From Actinomycetota bacterium (lineage in GTDB: Bacteria > Actinomycetota > Humimicrobiia > Humimicrobiales > Humimicrobiaceae), in the NCBI GenBank assembly GCA_012837825.1, contig DUQM01000015.1, forward strand, positions 11,318 through 75,317: 64,000 bases of DNA, given 5' to 3'. This document shows, piece after piece, positions 10,483 to 21,300 of the stretch (positions within the stretch are counted from its first letter, which is position 1; each line of letters begins with the position of its first letter). The notes beneath the pieces are model-generated. The model worked only from the letters and a program-made list of their open reading frames with translations. It was not told where the DNA came from and did not search any database. The translations under genes and the position numbers were made by a program.

Positions 10483-11619
10483 TTACTCTTCACCGATTAT
10501 CTTCTTATCTTTTTCTATTGTAACATTTGACATTATTTTTACGCTAGGATGTATTACAATACCATCTTCAATAACACTTTTTGAACCGATTACAGCATTT
10601 TCCAGTATTGATGCTCTGTTTTTTATCTTTGTATCGTATCCGATTATGGCTCCTATAAGAGAAGCATCTTTTCCGATATAGCCGCTTCCCCATTTTATGC
10701 CCCTGTACATAATTGCTCTTTCATCTATTACAGTATTATCTCCTATAATAATGGGCCCATAAAGTTTGGCACCTTTTTTTATTACACAGTTATTGCCGAT
10801 AACAAGAGGAGGTATCACCACTACTTCTTCCTCTATCTTGCAATTTTTACCCAGCCATATTCCTTCATTGATCTGCACACCGGGTATATTTACTTTTACC
10901 CTGCCTTCAAGAGCATCAAAATTTCCCTGCTGATATTCTTCGAAACTTCCCACATCATTCCAGTATTGTGAGTGCTTGTATCCATAATAAGGTATGTTCT
11001 CCTCAAGCAGCCGGGGATACAGATCTCTTCCAAAATCATAAAAAGAACCCGGGGGGATATACCTGAATATATCAGGTTCAAAAACATAGATTCCACTGTT
11101 GGCAAGCTTGCTTTTTTCTTCTCCCATAAGCGGTTTTTCCTGAAACCCCATTATCCTGTTATTATTATCAAGCATAACCACGCCATATTGTGACGGATCC
11201 TCCACTTCCGTAAGAGCAAGTGTGCAGATGCCGCCTTTTTCTTTATGGAAAGCAAAAAGCTCCTTCAGATTGATATCAGTCAGAGCATCACCGCTAAGAA
11301 TAAGAAATGCTTCATTTTCAAAAAAAGCTTCCACGTTTTTGACTCCTCCGGCAGTTCCAAGAAGCTCCGATTCATAAGAATATGTGATTTTCACACCCCA
11401 TTTTGAGCCGTCTCCGAAATAATCTTTTATTGCCTCAGGATACCAGTGAAGATTGCAGACTATTTCAGTAAAATCATTTTCTCTGAGCAGCTCTATTATA
11501 TGTTCCATTACAGGTTTGTTCACAATAGGAGCCATGGGTTTTGAAATAAGATCTGTAAGAGGTCTTAGCCTTGTACCAAGACCGGCAGCCAGAACCATTG
11601 CTTTATTTTTTGAAGCCAT
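10483..11619 (-). CDS. Sugar-1-phosphate nucleotidyltransferase with C-terminal left-handed beta-helix (mannose-1-P guanylyl-/glucose-1-P thymidylyl-transferase-like)
   Basis: N-terminal MVLAAGLGTRLRPLT nucleotidyltransferase signature and a C-terminal hexapeptide repeat region (IGNNCVIKKGAKLYGPIIIGDNTVIDERAIM). Confidence 0.75.
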   Translation of the reverse strand: MASKNKAMVLAAGLGTRLRPLTDLISKPMAPIVNKPVMEHIIELLRENDFTEIVCNLHWYPEAIKDYFGDGSKWGVKITYSYESELLGTAGGVKNVEAFFENEAFLILSGDALTDINLKELFAFHKEKGGICTLALTEVEDPSQYGVVMLDNNNRIMGFQEKPLMGEEKSKLANSGIYVFEPDIFRYIPPGSFYDFGRDLYPRLLEENIPYYGYKHSQYWNDVGSFEEYQQGNFDALEGRVKVNIPGVQINEGIWLGKNCKIEEEVVVIPPLVIGNNCVIKKGAKLYGPIIIGDNTVIDERAIMYRGIKWGSGYIGKDASLIGAIIGYDTKIKNRASILENAVIGSKSVIEDGIVIHPSVKIMSNVTIEKDKKIIGEE

Positions 11620-11683
11620 CTAAATCTCCCCTCGGATATTCTATATACTTATTTTACTGTAATTTTTAAAACAATCACAAAAA

Positions 11684-12748
11684 TTACTTAAAAAGCTTTT
11701 TGATATTATTTTTAAACGGGCTTTTTATAACTGCCTTTTCTGTAATTATGGCAGTGATATTTCTGCACGGGGTAAAATCAAAAGAAGGATTTCTTACCGG
11801 CATAAACTCAGGGATTATTTTTTTTCCCATTACCTCTCTTATTTCATTACCGTCTCTTTCTTCAATCGGTATTTCGCTGCCTGAGGGGATATCAATATCT
11901 ATTGTGGATACCGGGGCAGCAACAAAGAAAGGTATTTTAAAATGTCTTGCAAGAATAGAAATACCTAATGTGCCTATTTTGTTTGCTGAGTCTCCATTTG
12001 CAGCAATCCGATCCGCTCCTACCACAACCGCATCCACTTCATTTTTTGACATCATGTACGCAGCCATATTATCAGCAATTATAAAATAGGGTATTCCTTC
12101 TTCGTGAAGCTCCCAGGCAGTAAGCCTTGCCCCCTGAAGATAAGGCCTTGTTTCATCAACAACTATATTTTCTACCTGTTCTTTATCTGCAAGGCTTCTT
12201 ATAACTCCTAAGGCCGTACCATATCCGGCAGTTGCAAGAGCCCCTGCATTGCAATGTGTAAGCACTTTAAATTTTTTCTTGTTTCCAAAGACATCCCTGA
12301 AGGCCTGAACCCCGTTTTCACCTATCATTTTATTGATTCTTATGTCTTCCTCTTCCATCTTTTCCGCTTCATCTACAAGCTTTCTTTGAATAACTTCAAT
12401 TTTTTCACCCTGTAAGCCATCAATGACTTTTTGCATTCTCTTTAAAGCCCAGAAAAGGTTGACGGCAGTCGGTCTTGAGCTTTCTATTCTTGCTATCGCC
12501 TTTTTTAAAAAGACGTTAAAATCTGTTTCAGAATTTCCAAAATACTGATTTGCTGCAATAGCAACTCCGTAAGCAGCAGTAACGCCTATGGCAGGCGCCC
12601 CTCTTACCACCATATCTTTAATTGCAAGGTATATTTTTTCATATGAATCACAGTCCACATATTCTACAACAAGCGGAAGCTTTCTCTGATCAACAAGCTT
12701 TAAAGACTTCCCGTCCCATATCAGTGTCATTACATTGCCATCTTTCAA
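11684..12748 (-). CDS. mtnA: eIF-2B alpha/beta/delta-like sugar-phosphate isomerase (methylthioribose-1-phosphate isomerase MtnA or ribose-1,5-bisphosphate isomerase)
   Basis: …LIWDGKSLKLVDQRKLP… N-terminus and the typical MtnA/e2b2 family length and motifs (VGADRIAANGDSANKIGT). Confidence 0.65.
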   Translation of the reverse strand: MKDGNVMTLIWDGKSLKLVDQRKLPLVVEYVDCDSYEKIYLAIKDMVVRGAPAIGVTAAYGVAIAANQYFGNSETDFNVFLKKAIARIESSRPTAVNLFWALKRMQKVIDGLQGEKIEVIQRKLVDEAEKMEEEDIRINKMIGENGVQAFRDVFGNKKKFKVLTHCNAGALATAGYGTALGVIRSLADKEQVENIVVDETRPYLQGARLTAWELHEEGIPYFIIADNMAAYMMSKNEVDAVVVGADRIAANGDSANKIGTLGISILARHFKIPFFVAAPVSTIDIDIPSGSEIPIEERDGNEIREVMGKKIIPEFMPVRNPSFDFTPCRNITAIITEKAVIKSPFKNNIKKLFK

Positions 12749-12763
12749 TGTTTCATCTCCTCT

Positions 12764-14035
12764 TTAAGTACCGAGATGCCATGAAGAAAGATATTCTTCC
12801 TGCTCAGGAGTAAGTTTGTCTATTTCAATTCCCATACTATTTAATTTAAGTTTGGCAATATTTTTATCTATATCTTCAGGAACGGCATAAACTTTTTTCT
12901 CCAGACTTTTTCCCTCTTTGTTTAAACCGATAATATATTCTGCACTTAGCGCCTGATTGGCAAAACTCATATCCATAACGCTCGCAGGGTGTCCCTCTGC
13001 TGCTCCAAGATTTACAAGCCTGCCTTCTGCAAGAACATATATCCTTCTTCCGTCGTTCATAATATATTCCTGAACCATAGGCTTTAGAGTCCTTACCGAT
13101 TTTGAATTTTTCTTCAGATAATTCAGATCTATTTCAGCGTCAAAATGTCCGGAATTTGCTACAATGGTTCTGTCTTTGCAGGCAGACAATATCGGTTCTC
13201 CAATTACATTTTTATTACCGGTCACTGAGAGAAATATGTCTCCGGTTTTTGCAGCTTCTGTATTTTTCATAACATTAAAGCCGTCCATTCTGGCTTCTAT
13301 TGCTTTCAGTGGATTGATTTCAAGAACTACCACATCTGCTCCCATTCCCCTGGCTCTCATTGCAATGCCTCTGCCACACCATCCATAACCGACAACAACA
13401 AATTTTTTTCCGGCAAGCAGGACATTGGTTGCTCTTAAGATGCCGTCTATTGTGCTTTGCCCTGTACCATACCTGTTATCAAAAAAATGCTTTGTCTTTG
13501 CTTCATTGACGGCAATTATCGGATAAAGCAGCACATTATTTTTCTCCATGCTTCTCAATCTTATTACGCCCGTGGTTGTTTCTTCTGTTCCTCCCATTAT
13601 ATTTTCAATAAGATCCTTTCTTTTGCTGTGAAGCATTGAAACAAGATCTGCGCCATCATCCATTGTAATATTAGGTTTGGCATCAAGCACACTGTTTATG
13701 TGATCATAATAGACATTATTGCTTTCGCCCTTGATGGCATAAGTCAGTATCCCGTAATCAGACACAAGTGAAGCAGCCACATCATCCTGAGTGCTTAAAG
13801 GGTTTGATGCACACAGCCTTACATCTGCCCCTCCTGCCTTAAGAGCTATCATTAAATTTGCTGTTTCAGAAGTTACATGAAGGCATGCACTTATTTTTAT
13901 CCCTTCAAGCGGTTTTTTTTTGCTGAACTCTTCTCTTATGCTTCTAAGCACCGGCATATCAGCTTCAGCCCACTGTATTCTCTCTTTACCTTCAGAAGCA
14001 AGGTTCTTATCTTTTATATCGTAATCCATTAACAT
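12764..14035 (-). CDS. ahcY: Adenosylhomocysteinase (S-adenosyl-L-homocysteine hydrolase)
   Basis: 423 aa with a conserved N-terminus (…[16 protein letters not shown]…), a Rossmann NAD site [25 protein letters not shown], and a C-terminal HxxE region. Confidence 0.85.
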   Translation of the reverse strand: MLMDYDIKDKNLASEGKERIQWAEADMPVLRSIREEFSKKKPLEGIKISACLHVTSETANLMIALKAGGADVRLCASNPLSTQDDVAASLVSDYGILTYAIKGESNNVYYDHINSVLDAKPNITMDDGADLVSMLHSKRKDLIENIMGGTEETTTGVIRLRSMEKNNVLLYPIIAVNEAKTKHFFDNRYGTGQSTIDGILRATNVLLAGKKFVVVGYGWCGRGIAMRARGMGADVVVLEINPLKAIEARMDGFNVMKNTEAAKTGDIFLSVTGNKNVIGEPILSACKDRTIVANSGHFDAEIDLNYLKKNSKSVRTLKPMVQEYIMNDGRRIYVLAEGRLVNLGAAEGHPASVMDMSFANQALSAEYIIGLNKEGKSLEKKVYAVPEDIDKNIAKLKLNSMGIEIDKLTPEQEEYLSSWHLGT

Positions 14036-14085
14036 CCTCCAATATGATTATCAAGAGTATAATGATATTATTTTATTCTTTATTT

Positions 14086-15153
14086 TTAAAGTTCCGCAAG
14101 TTTTGTTTTTAACGTATTTATTTTATCTATGGGAGTAGGATCAACTCCGTTCAGCAAGGCAAGGTAAACACTGGCAATGCCGCCAAGAAAAATAGTGCTG
14201 AGAACTTTTTCAATAGGTGTTTTTCCTTTAATATCAATTTCAATTGTATCTGCGAAATTATATTTTATCAGCTCTACTGTAATTTTTATTCTGGCATTTA
14301 TTCTCTCCGGAGCCTCTTTATCAATAAAATAAATCAGCACAAATTCTTTCGTTATATTTTTTAATCTTTCCCATCCCACGGTTTCATTATGATTAAGTTC
14401 CGGAAATTCATTAAAGAATGCCGGTGTTTTGGAATTCTCATTTATCTGGCACTTCCACCTGTATGCTACCGGCGATAACTCGCTTTCAAAACTATATATT
14501 ACCGGCAGAAAATTACCGATTCCTGCTGCCAGCTGTTTTGCCGGATTATCTTTAAAAGGAATGTTTCTGTTATACTCTTTTGCCAGGACATCAATTAGTT
14601 TAACGGCATCTCCTATTTCTTTTTCTGTAACTGATGACAAACCAATTTTGTTTAATACAACAAGCAGAGGTATCATCAGGTAGCCTGAAGCAGCTCTCGG
14701 CTGAAATCCTCCGGGAATTTTTATAATACATTTCCTTTTTTCCTGAGCAATTTTCTCAGCACTTCCTCCTGAGGAAATAAAAATAATTTCGCAATCTCTT
14801 TTTAATGCTTCTTCTGTTGCGGTAAGCGTTTCCTCAGTATTTCCGGAATAGCTTAGAGAAATTACAAGCCAGTCTCTGCTGACATATGCAGGCAGGCTAT
14901 AACCCTTGATTACGACGATCGGAATTTCTGACCTGTTTATTAACAGACTTTTTATTATATCGCCTGTAAAACCTGAGCCGCCCATTCCAAGAAATGCAAT
15001 GCCTGCAAAATTTCTTCCTCTTATGCCGGTAATATCAGCAGCAGCTCCAATTTTTTGTGCCTCAGCAAGCTGGTCTGCAAAATTTTCCTCTATAGCCAGC
15101 ATATTCAGGGTATCAAGCTGTTTTATTTTCCCATCATCATCAAGAATATTCAT
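14086..15153 (-). CDS. Bifunctional phosphoglucose/phosphomannose isomerase (SIS-domain, archaeal-type PGI/PMI)
   Basis: 355 aa with two SIS-like halves and a GMGGSGFTGD motif. It sits between ahcY and the PMM/gmd genes. Confidence 0.65.
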   Translation of the reverse strand: MNILDDDGKIKQLDTLNMLAIEENFADQLAEAQKIGAAADITGIRGRNFAGIAFLGMGGSGFTGDIIKSLLINRSEIPIVVIKGYSLPAYVSRDWLVISLSYSGNTEETLTATEEALKRDCEIIFISSGGSAEKIAQEKRKCIIKIPGGFQPRAASGYLMIPLLVVLNKIGLSSVTEKEIGDAVKLIDVLAKEYNRNIPFKDNPAKQLAAGIGNFLPVIYSFESELSPVAYRWKCQINENSKTPAFFNEFPELNHNETVGWERLKNITKEFVLIYFIDKEAPERINARIKITVELIKYNFADTIEIDIKGKTPIEKVLSTIFLGGIASVYLALLNGVDPTPIDKINTLKTKLAEL

Positions 15154-15156
15154 ACA

Positions 15157-16611
15157 TTAATCTCCTTTGACTATCAGTCTTCCAAGAGCAAGTAGCCGCT
15201 TAAGTCTTTCTGAACTGAAACTTTCTGAATACACTCTTACAACTGCTTCTGTTCCGCTCGGCCTTATCATCAGCCAGCTTCCATCATTTAGGATATACTT
15301 GTATCCGTCTATCGTAACCACTTCACTGACACCTTCTTTTGCTATTATGTCCGGGATATCCTTATCAAGCCGGTTTCTTATATTATCTCTTTTCTCTGTT
15401 TCTGTTTCATAATCATTGCGGCCGTAAACAAAATACCCGTATTGCTTATATATTTCATCCAGGATTTCATTAAGAGTCTTTCCGTTTTTAACCATTATCT
15501 CCAGGAGTTTCAAACCCATCAGTATTCCGTCTCTTTCCGGAATATTCCCGTTTGTCCACAAACCTCCGCTTTCTTCTCCGCCCATGAGCACATCCTGCTT
15601 TAATATCTCCTCGCCTATATACTTAAAACCTACAGGCGTGATAAAAATATCCAGATTATTTTTCTGCGCCATCCTGTCTATTATTGAAGACGTGGTAACC
15701 GTTTTTACAACTCTTCCGTTTTTTCTGCCATTATTTATCAGATCATCCAGGACAATTGCAAATATATGATGGGAGCTTATAAAATTGCCTTTTTCTCCTA
15801 TAGCCCCTATTCTGTCTGCATCTCCATCCACACATATTCCTACTTTCAGATTATTCTTTAAAACAAATTCTGATGCTTCATTCAGATTATCTCCAATAGG
15901 TTCAGGATTAATGCCGCCAAAAGAAGGATTGATCACATTATGGATCTCAAATATATTTCCGATATTGTATTTGTCAAAAAAAGTTCTGTACAAGCCCTGT
16001 GCTGCGCCATACATCGGATCAATTAAAAAACCGAAATCAATATTTTTTATGATATTCAAATCTATTATTCTTTCTATCTGCTGCCGGTACTTGTCCAGAA
16101 AGCCGGTTTTTATATAACTGTTACCGCCGGAAGCAGTATTTTTCTTAAGGCTGTTTATCGCCTCCTTAAAAGAACCGTCCGATAATCCTTTATTAACAAT
16201 GTCTTCTATTTCATTTACTATATCCATGGTTGCAGATCCGCCAAAAGGGCCTTTTATTTTAAAGCCATTATATATGCACGGATTATGGCTTGCGGTAATC
16301 ATTATTCCGAGATCTGCGTTTTCGGCAAGAACTGCGTTTGAAAGTACGGGAGTAGGAATAAAGGTATCAGACATCAGCGTCTCAATACCATTAAGCGAAA
16401 AAATCTCTGCAGCGCTTCTGGCAAAATAATCCGACAAAAATCTTGTATCATATCCGATGACCACTCTTGGGATTTTGTTTTTAAGATTTTTTTTATTTAA
16501 AAGATACCGGCTTATGCCATGGGCAATGTATTCAATTTTTTCCACAGTAAAATCTTTTGCTATAATTCCTCTGAACCCGTCGGTGCCGAATTTAATTACT
16601 TTTTCAGTCAT
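15157..16611 (-). CDS. Phosphoglucomutase/phosphomannomutase (alpha-D-phosphohexomutase family)
   Basis: Active-site Ser loop TASHNPCIYNGFK, metal-binding DGDADR and a sugar-binding GEESGG motif. Confidence 0.85.
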   Translation of the reverse strand: MTEKVIKFGTDGFRGIIAKDFTVEKIEYIAHGISRYLLNKKNLKNKIPRVVIGYDTRFLSDYFARSAAEIFSLNGIETLMSDTFIPTPVLSNAVLAENADLGIMITASHNPCIYNGFKIKGPFGGSATMDIVNEIEDIVNKGLSDGSFKEAINSLKKNTASGGNSYIKTGFLDKYRQQIERIIDLNIIKNIDFGFLIDPMYGAAQGLYRTFFDKYNIGNIFEIHNVINPSFGGINPEPIGDNLNEASEFVLKNNLKVGICVDGDADRIGAIGEKGNFISSHHIFAIVLDDLINNGRKNGRVVKTVTTSSIIDRMAQKNNLDIFITPVGFKYIGEEILKQDVLMGGEESGGLWTNGNIPERDGILMGLKLLEIMVKNGKTLNEILDEIYKQYGYFVYGRNDYETETEKRDNIRNRLDKDIPDIIAKEGVSEVVTIDGYKYILNDGSWLMIRPSGTEAVVRVYSESFSSERLKRLLALGRLIVKGD

Positions 16612-16709
16612 CCTTAAATATCCTTATTTTAAAAACCCTTTAATTGATTATCTTTGACAGAATACCGGATCATCTTTTATTAAACTAATGAGCCGGCAGA
16701 GGCCCTGAT

Positions 16710-17672
16710 CTATTTTCCGGCCAGTAATTTATAATCAGACTCAACCATCATTTCTACAAGCTGCTCAAAATTTACTTTTGGCTCCCATCTGAGGATTTCT
16801 TTTGCTTTGCTTGCATCACCTATAAGCAGATCAACTTCAGCAGGCCTGATAAATCTTTCATCTATTTTTACATATTTTTTCCAGTTCAGGTTAAGATGGC
16901 CAAACGCAATCTCTATCAGCTCCTGAACAGAATGGGTCTCGCCCATGGAAATAACATAATTATCAGGTTTGTCATGCTGGAGCATAAGCCACATAGCTTC
17001 AACATAATCTCCGGCAAATCCCCAATCTCTTTTTGCATCAAGATTTCCCATATATAATTTATCTGAAAGCCCAAGCTTTATCCTGGCTGCATTATATGTA
17101 ACTTTTCTGGTTACAAATTCCAGACCTCTTCTCGGAGACTCATGGTTAAAGAGAATACCCGAACATGCAAAGATATCATAGCTTTCCCTGTAGTTTACGG
17201 TAATATAATGTCCGTATACTTTTGCAACGCCGTACGGACTTCTCGGATATAGAGGTGTGGTTTCTTTCTGGGGAACTTCCTGTACTTTTCCAAACATTTC
17301 CGAACTGGAAGCCTGATAAAATTTTATATCCTTATTGACATGTCTTATGGCTTCAAGAATCCTTGTTACGCCCAGTGCGGTAAATTCTCCTGTGAGAACA
17401 GGCTGATCCCAGGATGTGGGCACAAATGACTGTGCTGCAAGATTATATATCTCATCCGGAGCAGATTCCCTTACTGCACTGATAATCGAAAACTGATCCA
17501 GCAGATCAGCCTGGACAAGCTTTATCTTTTCTCTTATATGCTCTATCCTGCCAAAATTTTCAGAAGAAGATCTTCTTACCATCCCATATACTTCATATCC
17601 CTTTTCAAGAAGCAGCTCTGCCAGATAGGAACCGTCCTGGCCTGTTATTCCTGTTATTAATGCCCTCTTCAA
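16710..17672 (-). CDS. gmd: GDP-mannose 4,6-dehydratase
   Basis: [36 protein letters not shown]… matches the characteristic GMD N-terminus, together with the [10 protein letters not shown] catalytic YxxxK. Confidence 0.9.
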   Translation of the reverse strand: MKRALITGITGQDGSYLAELLLEKGYEVYGMVRRSSSENFGRIEHIREKIKLVQADLLDQFSIISAVRESAPDEIYNLAAQSFVPTSWDQPVLTGEFTALGVTRILEAIRHVNKDIKFYQASSSEMFGKVQEVPQKETTPLYPRSPYGVAKVYGHYITVNYRESYDIFACSGILFNHESPRRGLEFVTRKVTYNAARIKLGLSDKLYMGNLDAKRDWGFAGDYVEAMWLMLQHDKPDNYVISMGETHSVQELIEIAFGHLNLNWKKYVKIDERFIRPAEVDLLIGDASKAKEILRWEPKVNFEQLVEMMVESDYKLLAGK

Positions 17673-17720
17673 AAAAGCCTCCCTAAAATAAAAAGAAAAT
17701 GTTGTTAAATAATTTCAGAA

Positions 17721-18836
17721 TCAAAAGAATATTTCTCCATCTTTGATTTTTGTGCCTACATTAATTTTGATATGGTTTTTTAAAATATTATTATTGCCGA
17801 TTTCTGCATTATCGCCCACAACTGAATTGTTTTCTATAATAACTTTATCCCTGATAATGGCATTATATGAAATGATTGAATCCTTGATAATGCAGTTTTT
17901 CCCTATTTTTACACCATCAAACAACACACTGCCATTTATTGCGGAACCGGCGCCAATACTGCAATTATCTCCAATGACAGTAAGAGGACTTATTACGGCA
18001 GATTTATCAACATGGCAGTTATTTCCTATCACCAGAGGGCTTGAAAGCAGACTTTCTTTATGATAATCAGTATTTTCCCCGATTCTTATATGGCCGGCTA
18101 TTTCCCTTTCCCGAAAATCAAATTTTACTCTTCCGTTAAGGATATCATGGTGAGCCTGAAGATATTTTGACGGCGTCCCCAAATCAAGCCAGTAAGCGTT
18201 TGAGACAAACCCAAATATCTTATACCCTATTTCAAGAGCATTGGGGAACAGGCCTCTTTCAAAAGAATAGTTATCATTCGGAGGGACAAGCTCCAGAAGG
18301 TTTCTTTCGATTATATATGTGCCCGCATTAATCAGATTTGTAGTTATTTCGTCCCAGCTTGGTTTTTCAAGAAACTTCTCCACCCTTCCATCCTCATCTA
18401 TAGGCACCAGTCCGTAAGAAGTCGGATCTTCAACAGGTGTCAGGGCAATGGTTATATCTGATTTTTTATCCTTGTGAAACTTTATCATATCATTCAGATT
18501 TATTGCTGAAAGAACATCTCCGTTAAAAACCATAAAGCTGTCATTTTCAAGCAATCCCTCAAGATTTTTCACTGCCCCGCATGTGCCGAGAGGCTCCTCT
18601 TCCGTAATATAGCTTATATTTACACCCAGGTCTTCACCGTTTTTAAAATATTCCTCAAATACTTTAGGAAGGTATCCTATTGAAAGTATGATATCTTTTA
18701 TTTCATATGATTTTATCCATGAAATAAAATTATGCATAAACGGCTTGTTGATAAGCGGAAGCATGGGTTTGGGATTTAAACAGGTCAGCGGTCTTATTCT
18801 TGTTCCGAAACCTCCGGCCAAAATAACAGCTTTCAT
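17721..18836 (-). CDS. Mannose-1-phosphate guanylyltransferase-like NTP transferase with LbH C-terminal domain
   Basis: MKAVILAGGFGTRIRPLT… nucleotidyltransferase fold plus C-terminal hexapeptide repeats. It is a paralogue of the 10483..11619 gene and overlaps the downstream reductase start. Confidence 0.75.
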   Translation of the reverse strand: MKAVILAGGFGTRIRPLTCLNPKPMLPLINKPFMHNFISWIKSYEIKDIILSIGYLPKVFEEYFKNGEDLGVNISYITEEEPLGTCGAVKNLEGLLENDSFMVFNGDVLSAINLNDMIKFHKDKKSDITIALTPVEDPTSYGLVPIDEDGRVEKFLEKPSWDEITTNLINAGTYIIERNLLELVPPNDNYSFERGLFPNALEIGYKIFGFVSNAYWLDLGTPSKYLQAHHDILNGRVKFDFREREIAGHIRIGENTDYHKESLLSSPLVIGNNCHVDKSAVISPLTVIGDNCSIGAGSAINGSVLFDGVKIGKNCIIKDSIISYNAIIRDKVIIENNSVVGDNAEIGNNNILKNHIKINVGTKIKDGEIFF

Positions 18837-19795
18837 ACAATATTCCTCCAGTAATTCAAAATGTCTTTTAATGTTTCATTAATTGAGTATCCAGGCAACC
18901 ATCCCGTATGCTCCTTTATTTTGCTATTATCTCCATACATAATTTTATTATCCACCGGCCTCAGCTTTGAGCTGTCAACTCTGACAGCGACGTTCTTTTC
19001 TTTGCTGAAAGAAATAAGGGTTTTCAGGATATCAGAAATTTTTATTTTTTCTCCTGAACATATATTATATACTTCCCCCGGCTTTCCCTTATTCATAATA
19101 TAATAATATGCATTTACAACATCTCTGACATCAAGAAAATCCCGGCATGCTTCCAGATTGCCGACAAAAATCTCAGGCTTTCTTAATTTTTTTTCTATCT
19201 GGGCAATCTGTTTTGCAAAATCAGAACAAACAAAACCGATAGATTGTCCGGGGCCAATATGATTAAAGGAACGACTGACAAAAACAGGAATTTTGTAGCC
19301 CAGATAATAAGTAATCGAAAAAAAATCAAGAGCTGCTTTGCTTATTGCATAAGGATTAGTAGGATATATTCTGTCTTCCTCCTTAATGGGCATGGAAGGG
19401 TTTTCAGAAATTCCATACACTTCTGCGGTACAGACTGACAGAAACCTGCATTTATTATTATATTTTCTGATGCTTTCAAGAAGATTTACTCCCCCGAAAA
19501 CATTATTTTTAAAAGTGTTTATCGGTTCTTTCCAGGAATTGCTGACAGATGCCTGTGCGGCAAGATGGTATACCTGGTCAGGAATAAAATCTCTGATCAG
19601 CTTATCCACATCATTTTCATCAGTAAGATCAATGTTGAAAAGTTCCGTATTATTTTTGTTTCCTTCAAATTTTTCAAAAAAATTGCCGGTGCTTATATCA
19701 ACCCCGGCAATTACGGATGAGTTATCAATTTTCGATAAATGATTGGCAAGATATGTTCCTGCAAAACCATTTATACCTGTTATTAATATCTTCAA
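18833..19795 (-). CDS. NAD(P)-dependent epimerase/dehydratase family reductase, likely GDP-4-keto-6-deoxy-D-mannose reductase (Rmd-like)
   Basis: MKILITGINGFAGTYLANHL Rossmann motif and a YAISKAA catalytic YxxxK. Its position directly after gmd/manC suggests GDP-6-deoxyhexose formation, but the Rmd versus fucose-synthase-type assignment is an inference. Confidence 0.6.
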   Translation of the reverse strand: MKILITGINGFAGTYLANHLSKIDNSSVIAGVDISTGNFFEKFEGNKNNTELFNIDLTDENDVDKLIRDFIPDQVYHLAAQASVSNSWKEPINTFKNNVFGGVNLLESIRKYNNKCRFLSVCTAEVYGISENPSMPIKEEDRIYPTNPYAISKAALDFFSITYYLGYKIPVFVSRSFNHIGPGQSIGFVCSDFAKQIAQIEKKLRKPEIFVGNLEACRDFLDVRDVVNAYYYIMNKGKPGEVYNICSGEKIKISDILKTLISFSKEKNVAVRVDSSKLRPVDNKIMYGDNSKIKEHTGWLPGYSINETLKDILNYWRNIV

Positions 19796-19900
19796 AATTT
19801 TTCCTTATATTGAATTGATAAAACATCCCGAAAATATTTTTAATAATTCTATATTTATTTCACTCATAAATCAAAAAAGTATGTGTTTTTAACTTATATT

Positions 19901-20866
19901 TTATCTTTTATTTCTTGTGCATTCTGTATTGCCTGATTTCCGGCATTTAACCCATGTCAGAAAAATTCTGAATCCCAGTATCGGCAAAACAAAGGGGATA
20001 AGGATTATTTTCCAGGACTTTTTATTAACCTTTAAGAAGAATCGGAGAGCACTTTTCTGCATCAGCTTCTGCACTTTAACAGGATTATTATCTCCGCTCT
20101 TGCCGATATGGTGAAGCACTTTTATGTCAGGGAAATAAATGACTTTATACCCTGATTGCCACATCCTGTAGCATAAATCCACATCTTCCACATACATAAA
20201 ATATTTTTCATCAAAAAGGCCTGAGATATTAAGAGCCGCTTTTGATATTAGCATTGCCGAGCCGGAGACCCAGTCCGTTTCAAAACTTCTGCTCCTATCG
20301 GCATCTGACATCTTATAGTGTCTGGAAAACCTGTTGTCAGGGTTTATCAGGGAGAGGATATTATGGGCAGCAGCATTAATAAGTGATGGAAATTTCCGGC
20401 AGGAATACTGAACAGTACCGTCTGAATTTATTATTTTCGGGCCCAGGATGCCTATCTTGTCTGAGGGTATATCATTCTTTATATATCTCAGCACGTTTTC
20501 AATTGAGTTTTCAAAAATTTCTGTATCGCTGTTAAGTAAAAAGAAATAGTCTGCCGAAGAAGAAGAGATTGCCTGATTGTTTGCATAGGCAAATCCCATA
20601 TTTTTATCATTCATGATACTTCTTATAAAAAAATGGTTTCTGCAGAATTCTTCAACAAGCCCTTTTGAGCCATCAGTAGAATTATTATCTACAATAATTA
20701 TTTCGATAAGCTCCTTATCTTTTTCAGGTATAAATTTTATTACAGAGTCAATGCATTTTTGCAGATATTTTTTACTGTTATAGCTTGCAACTATTACGGC
20801 AAGCAGTATGCCGTCCGATGGCGGTGCTTCAGATTTAAAATACTTTTCCGGTTTGCCTGTTTCCAT
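19901..20866 (-). CDS. Glycosyltransferase family 2
   Basis: GT-A fold signatures (LAVIVASYNSKKYLQKCIDS…, VDNNSTDGS, DAD-type motif LLNSDTE). It is the first gene of the minus-strand nucleotide-sugar operon. Confidence 0.75.
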   Translation of the reverse strand: METGKPEKYFKSEAPPSDGILLAVIVASYNSKKYLQKCIDSVIKFIPEKDKELIEIIIVDNNSTDGSKGLVEEFCRNHFFIRSIMNDKNMGFAYANNQAISSSSADYFFLLNSDTEIFENSIENVLRYIKNDIPSDKIGILGPKIINSDGTVQYSCRKFPSLINAAAHNILSLINPDNRFSRHYKMSDADRSRSFETDWVSGSAMLISKAALNISGLFDEKYFMYVEDVDLCYRMWQSGYKVIYFPDIKVLHHIGKSGDNNPVKVQKLMQKSALRFFLKVNKKSWKIILIPFVLPILGFRIFLTWVKCRKSGNTECTRNKR

Positions 20867-21300
20867 AATAATTCAGTATTATAAAAATTTAACAGTGAAA
20901 GTTTTATGATATTCTATCATAAAAAACAATTACTTTTTCCGTTAATCTTTAAAAGAAACACGTTTCTTTTATGAGTTTTTTATAATCCCTGACAGGCCGG
21001 TATTTATCTGTTTCCTTTTACGTGAAACTCTTTCAATGCCGGATGAAAGACAGTTTTTGATTTTTACATCTATGCTGTCACTACTGTCACTATATTTAAT
21101 GACTTTTTTCCTGATTTTGTAAATGAAGTAATATAAAAAGTGCCTGATTTATTTTTCAACAGCCCGAAACCTCCCCGCAGGAGCACAGTGGGGATCACTA
21201 AATAAAAAAACCTTATGTGTCGGGACAGATACCGGCATCACAGGATTCAAATATGGTCTGTCTTAAAACCATGTTCTCTGCTGCTATCGGTAAACCTGTT

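Noticed and set aside
21150-21215. GC-rich hairpin-like segment cccgaaacctCCCCgcaggagcacagtGGGGatcac in the 434-bp leader region upstream of the GT2/nucleotide-sugar operon.
   Set aside because: It is a single copy. It has only a 4-bp GC stem with a 13-nt loop, and no flanking U-run on either strand. It is insufficient to call a terminator, riboswitch or repeat. It may simply be part of the operon 5' UTR.
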